Source of the DNA: a virus
Reading direction: 5' to 3' (one strand)
UHGV virus genome: UHGV-0385766
Length of the DNA: 27,686 bases
Both the position numbers and the translations under genes were made by a program. The notes under the pieces are model-generated. The model was not told the origin of the DNA. It saw only the letters and a program-made list of their open reading frames with translations, and searched no databases. Below are positions 24,656 through 27,686 of the stretch, in pieces. Position 1 is the stretch's first letter; each line of letters opens with the position of its first letter.

Positions 24656-24913
24656 ATGCAGGGCGAAAAGCAGCAGCCATATTTTTTTAACCCTGGTATG
24701 ACTGTTGAACAGCTTGAAGACTGGCTGGAGCAGCAAAAGCTTCATCTAAGCCGCTATAACCGTCTGGTAAAAGAAAAAGCAGAGCTTGAAGAACGGCTCA
24801 GTGATATTTCTGTGGAAATTGAACGAATGTCTGCTGGTGGTTTTAACGGAAAGTTGAGTTTCCCCTGGGAGTCAAGTTCGCTTCTGAGAAATCATCAACA
24901 GGGTAGTATTTGA
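24656..24913 (+). CDS. Hypothetical first late protein (85 aa, coiled-coil-like)
   Basis: ATG at 24656 with GGAGG Shine-Dalgarno 6 nt upstream, just beyond the terminator; the track ORF from 24587 would span the terminator. Confidence 0.5.
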   Translation: MQGEKQQPYFFNPGMTVEQLEDWLEQQKLHLSRYNRLVKEKAELEERLSDISVEIERMSAGGFNGKLSFPWESSSLLRNHQQGSI

Positions 24914-24992
24914 CTGAAATAATAAACAGACTGTCATTAAGATCCCTTCCCCTCATATCTGAGAGGACCAACAGCAATTAAGAGGGGGCTAA

Positions 24993-25379
24993 ATGTCCGA
25001 TCCGATTTCCGGTACTGGGCTGGCTGGTGGTGCCCTGACGGGTGCCAGTGTTTATGGACTGCTGACCGGAACTGATTACGGCGTTGTATTTGGCGCATTT
25101 GCAGGGGCTGTATTCTACATAGCAACAGCAGCAGATCTGAGTGCATCGCGCCGACTGGCATATTTTATCGTGTCATATATTGCCGGGATTCTTTGCTCTG
25201 GGTTGGTTGGCTCCAAGCTGGCGAACTTGACCGGATACAGTGATAAACCTCTGGATGCTATTGGTGCCGTAATCGTCTCTGCTTTAGCCGTTAAAATCCT
25301 GACGTTCCTGAATAATCAGGATATCGGCTCGCTGGTGGCGCTCATAACGCGCCGGGGAGGTTCAGGTGGAGCTAAATGA
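24993..25379 (+). CDS. Holin
   Basis: 128-aa membrane protein with Gly/Ala-rich transmembrane segments; AGAGGGGG Shine-Dalgarno; immediately upstream of the endolysin. Confidence 0.65.
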   Translation: MSDPISGTGLAGGALTGASVYGLLTGTDYGVVFGAFAGAVFYIATAADLSASRRLAYFIVSYIAGILCSGLVGSKLANLTGYSDKPLDAIGAVIVSALAVKILTFLNNQDIGSLVALITRRGGSGGAK

Positions 25380-25647
25380 CCCGACAGCAACTATAAATGC
25401 GCTGTTATGTGCTTGTGTTGTTATTACTCTGATGTTTTATCGTCGTGGTGATTCGCGGCATCGTCCTTGGGTTTCACGTTTAGCCTGGCTGATTACTGTT
25501 ACATACAGTGCTGTTCCGTTGGCCTATCTCTGTGGGATTTATCCCCATTCCTCATGGCCCATTATCGTGGCGAACACTATTTTTCTTTCCGTGCTGGTGG
25601 CCGTCAGAGGCAACGTTGCACGTCTGGTTGATCATCTGAGGCACTAA
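25366..25647 (+). CDS. Second small membrane protein of the lysis cassette (holin/antiholin-like)
   Basis: 93-aa ORF (GTG start, GGGGAGG Shine-Dalgarno) overlapping the holin end; hydrophobic segments. Confidence 0.5.
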   Translation: MELNDPTATINALLCACVVITLMFYRRGDSRHRPWVSRLAWLITVTYSAVPLAYLCGIYPHSSWPIIVANTIFLSVLVAVRGNVARLVDHLRH

Positions 25648-26261
25648 TGAACCAACAATTATTTCAAAAGGCGGCTGGTATTAGCGCCGGGCTGGCTGCG
25701 CGCTGGTTTCCGCACATTGATGCGGCGATGAAGGAATTCGGCATTACAGCACCAGCGGATCAGGCAATGTTTATCGCTCAGGTAGGCCATGAGTCGATGG
25801 GGTTTAGAGCCGTAGTTGAAAATTTTAACTACACACCATCTGCGCTGGTGGCGACGTTCGGAAAGAGGATCACACAGCAGCAGGCTGATGCCCTTGGCAG
25901 AACATCCGGACATGCAGCTCGTCAGGATGCTATTGCCAATCTGGTGTATAGCAACCGACTGGGTAACAAAGCACCAGGTGATGGCTGGAAATATCGTGGT
26001 AGAGGATTAATTCAAATCACTGGCCTCCATAATTATCGCATCTGTGGCGCGGCGCTGAAGTTAGATCTGGTGACTTCACCTGAACAACTGGAACAGGAAC
26101 TACAGGCTGCGCGCTCAGCTGCATGGTTCTACACCTCTAAAGGTTGCATGATCTACGGTGCCGATATTAACCGTGTTACGCGCATCATTAACGGCGGTTT
26201 GAACGGTATTGAGGATCGTAAGGTCCGATACAACAAGGCGCGGGCGGCGCTGCTGGTATGA
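25647..26261 (+). CDS. Endolysin (GH19 chitinase-like lysozyme family)
   Basis: 204-aa ORF; motif FIAQVGHESMGF ... YRGRGLIQITG typical of the family; TAATG overlap upstream. Confidence 0.8.
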   Translation: MNQQLFQKAAGISAGLAARWFPHIDAAMKEFGITAPADQAMFIAQVGHESMGFRAVVENFNYTPSALVATFGKRITQQQADALGRTSGHAARQDAIANLVYSNRLGNKAPGDGWKYRGRGLIQITGLHNYRICGAALKLDLVTSPEQLEQELQAARSAAWFYTSKGCMIYGADINRVTRIINGGLNGIEDRKVRYNKARAALLV

Positions 26262-26650
26262 AGATGAGTTATTGGGCGCTCATTTTAACGTTTATTGCTT
26301 GTGTCGCTGGTGGTCTTGTCTGGTCAGCGAATCACTATCATGGAAAGTTTCTGAAGGAGCAGAAGCGTGCTGATGCTGCGGAACAGCGAGCTGATTCTAC
26401 TGAGGCTATCACCGCGAATGTTCTGCGTACTATGGCAATAACGAACATCATTCAGGAGGCGAATCAACATGCAAAACAGCAGATCGCACTGGAGTCACAG
26501 AGAACCCAGGAAGATATCAAAGTGGCTGTTGCGGATGATGATTGTGCTTCACGTCCTGTGCCTGCTGCCGCTGCTGACCGGTTGCGGAAGTACGCGAACA
26601 GTTTACGTCCAGGTTCCGGTAGTTCCGTTACCAGCCAGCCTGACGGCTGA
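26258..26650 (+). CDS. i-spanin (Rz-like)
   Basis: 130-aa ORF, ATGA overlap with endolysin; N-terminal transmembrane segment; contains the embedded +1-frame o-spanin start. Confidence 0.7.
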   Translation: MKMSYWALILTFIACVAGGLVWSANHYHGKFLKEQKRADAAEQRADSTEAITANVLRTMAITNIIQEANQHAKQQIALESQRTQEDIKVAVADDDCASRPVPAAAADRLRKYANSLRPGSGSSVTSQPDG

Positions 26651-26804
26651 AACCCCTCAGCCTGATTTACCTGATCATTTTACGTGGGGCTCGAGCTTAG
26701 ATCTGAATGTCGCCTTGTTGTCTGCATTGGCGCAGTGTAATACCGATAAAGCTGACATCAGAAGGATTGAAGTTGAGCGTGGTCACATCATGCAAAAAAA
26801 ATGA
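26535..26804 (+). CDS. o-spanin (Rz1-like lipoprotein)
   Basis: Starts inside Rz in another frame; MMIVLHVLCLLPLLTGCGS has a lipobox (LLTGC); extends 154 nt beyond the Rz stop. Confidence 0.55.
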   Translation: MMIVLHVLCLLPLLTGCGSTRTVYVQVPVVPLPASLTAETPQPDLPDHFTWGSSLDLNVALLSALAQCNTDKADIRRIEVERGHIMQKK

Positions 26805-26896
26805 TGTTAACTTTGTTTTGTTCCTTGATTTGATATGTGATGGCCCAATAGATACAAAGCACCTGATTTTGGTGACTCTTTTAAAGGGCTTTACAC

Positions 26897-27217
26897 ATGA
26901 AAGATGGTATCTATTTTGTTGTTTTCAGAAGCAATCAACGTGATTTTGGTAATGGTACCGTAGTTGTCAAAAACAATGCAGTAAACGGCGGAGATTTTGG
27001 TTTTACGTATCAGGGAAAAATTGACGGTAGCCAACTTATTCTGCGCGTATCGCAGCATGATTTAAATGTCACCTCGGTTTTCCCTGGGGTAAAGAACTTT
27101 GAATTGAGTCTTTCTTTGCAGGAACGAGGACGTGATTACCTGTTAAATGGATCTGTGGTCGGAATGCCTCAGATGCAAATTTCAATTAGTGCAAAATACA
27201 TTGGTGATCTGATTTAG
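26897..27217 (+). CDS. Hypothetical protein (106 aa), post-lysis cassette
   Basis: Standalone ORF after a 90-bp AT-rich gap, followed by its own terminator; low GC; no family confidently recognised. Confidence 0.55.
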   Translation: MKDGIYFVVFRSNQRDFGNGTVVVKNNAVNGGDFGFTYQGKIDGSQLILRVSQHDLNVTSVFPGVKNFELSLSLQERGRDYLLNGSVVGMPQMQISISAKYIGDLI

Positions 27218-27237
27218 TTTATCGAGATGATAATTGA

Positions 27238-27258
27238 ACCGCCTCCGGGCGGTTTTTT
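27238..27258 (+). terminator. Intrinsic terminator
   Basis: ACCGCC-TCCG-GGCGGT followed by TTTTTT (27253-27258). Confidence 0.6.
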
Positions 27259-27294
27259 ATTGCCATTTCTATGGTCTGTTCCATCGTAATAACT

Positions 27295-27345
27295 TAAAGG
27301 GAAGCATTAATGCCGCCACGAACCCCGAAAGCCTGCCGTGTTCGC
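27295..27345. repeat. Left arm of a 51-bp near-perfect inverted repeat (contains the HNH start codon)
   Basis: TAAAGGGAAGCATTAATGCCGCCACGAACCCCGAAAGCCTGCCGTGTTCGC is the reverse complement of 27631-27681 at 50 of 51 positions. Confidence 0.9.
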
Positions 27346-27669
27346 GGCTGCCGCCATACCACTACTGACCCTTCAGGCTACTGCGAAAGCCACAAAAGCG
27401 AAGGCTGGAAGCAATACAAACCTGGACAATCCCGTCATCAGCGCGGCTACGGTTCGAAGTGGGACAGTATCCGCGCGCGTGTTCTGAAGCGTGACAAAGG
27501 CCTGTGTCAGTTATGTCTGCGTGCTGGTGTGGTGCGTGAGGCGAAAACTGTTGACCACATCATCCCTAAAGCGCATGGCGGCACTGATGCTGACAGTAAT
27601 CTGCAGAGTCTGTGCTGGCCGTGTCATAAGGCGAAGACGGCAGGCTTTCGGGGTTCGTGGCGGCATTAA
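27310..27669 (+). CDS. HNH endonuclease (terminase-associated type)
   Basis: 119-aa ORF; CxxC...C ... DHIIPKAHGG ... CWPCH motifs; located after lysis genes where HK97-like phages carry the packaging-associated HNH gene. Confidence 0.8.
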   Translation: MPPRTPKACRVRGCRHTTTDPSGYCESHKSEGWKQYKPGQSRHQRGYGSKWDSIRARVLKRDKGLCQLCLRAGVVREAKTVDHIIPKAHGGTDADSNLQSLCWPCHKAKTAGFRGSWRH

Positions 27670-27681
27670 TGCTTCCCTTTA
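27631..27681. repeat. Right arm of the 51-bp inverted repeat (contains the HNH stop codon)
   Basis: GCGAAGACGGCAGGCTTTCGGGGTTCGTGGCGGCATTAATGCTTCCCTTTA; single mismatch relative to the left arm (27340 versus 27636). Confidence 0.9.
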
Positions 27682-27686
27682 TTGCC

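Larger units (their letters stand above)
1..27686. mobile_element. Segment of a temperate mosaic phage/prophage (lambdoid immunity, replication and lysis modules plus Mu-like baseplate module)
   Basis: Phage gene content across the whole window: baseplate and tail fibre genes, integrase, cI/cro with operators, iteron-containing replication gene, Q-like antiterminator, holin/endolysin/spanins, HNH endonuclease. No host housekeeping genes seen. Confidence 0.85.

Noticed and set aside
26469-26534. Annotated start of ORF 26469-26804 (MQNSRSH...) as the o-spanin start
   Set aside because: The lipoprotein signal peptide begins at the internal Met pair (26535/26538); the upstream 22 codons are an out-of-frame overlap with Rz.

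Overview
The window is a 27.7 kb stretch of a temperate, mosaic enterobacterial-type phage or prophage laid out in packaged-genome order; no rRNA, tRNA or CRISPR array was recognised. All calls rest on reading the sequence and the supplied ORF track, with protein families recognised from memory; no database search or folding program was run. Coordinates of hairpins and repeats were counted by hand and cross-checked against ORF start/stop positions. Layout: (1) Mu-like baseplate and tail-fibre module, 141-6307, + strand; tape measure, sheath, tube, head and terminase genes lie outside the window. (2) Integration region, 6311-8225: minus-strand terminator, DinI-like gene behind two LexA boxes, tyrosine integrase, and an AT-rich region with GGGAACC repeats that may be attP. 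(3) A low-GC two-gene cassette, 8226-9216, + strand, with its own terminator. (4) A leftward early operon of about 20 small genes, 9243-17151, - strand, including a 3'-5' exonuclease, an HNH endonuclease, Ea22-like paralogs and a YfdP/YfdQ/YfdR-like triad with an HD-domain nucleotidase. (5) Immunity region, 17244-18539: pL, a GTG-initiated S24-type cI repressor, pR and a Cro-like gene. (6) Rightward early region, 18562-23739: YdaT-like regulator, iteron-containing replication initiator, Dam methyltransferase, RusA, KilA-N and DUF968-like proteins. (7) Late control, 23753-24636: Q-like antiterminator, candidate pR' and a tR'-like terminator. (8) Lysis cassette, 24993-26804: holin, GH19-type endolysin and Rz/Rz1 spanins. 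(9) A post-lysis single-gene cassette, 26897-27217, then an HNH endonuclease gene, 27310-27669, bracketed by a 51-bp near-perfect inverted repeat. The two best candidates for an undescribed system are the integrase-proximal cassette (unknown 179-aa protein plus a YafO-like toxin homolog) and the inverted-repeat-bracketed HNH gene. Secondary candidates are the structured leader at 16070-16510 and the YfdP/Q/R-like triad.
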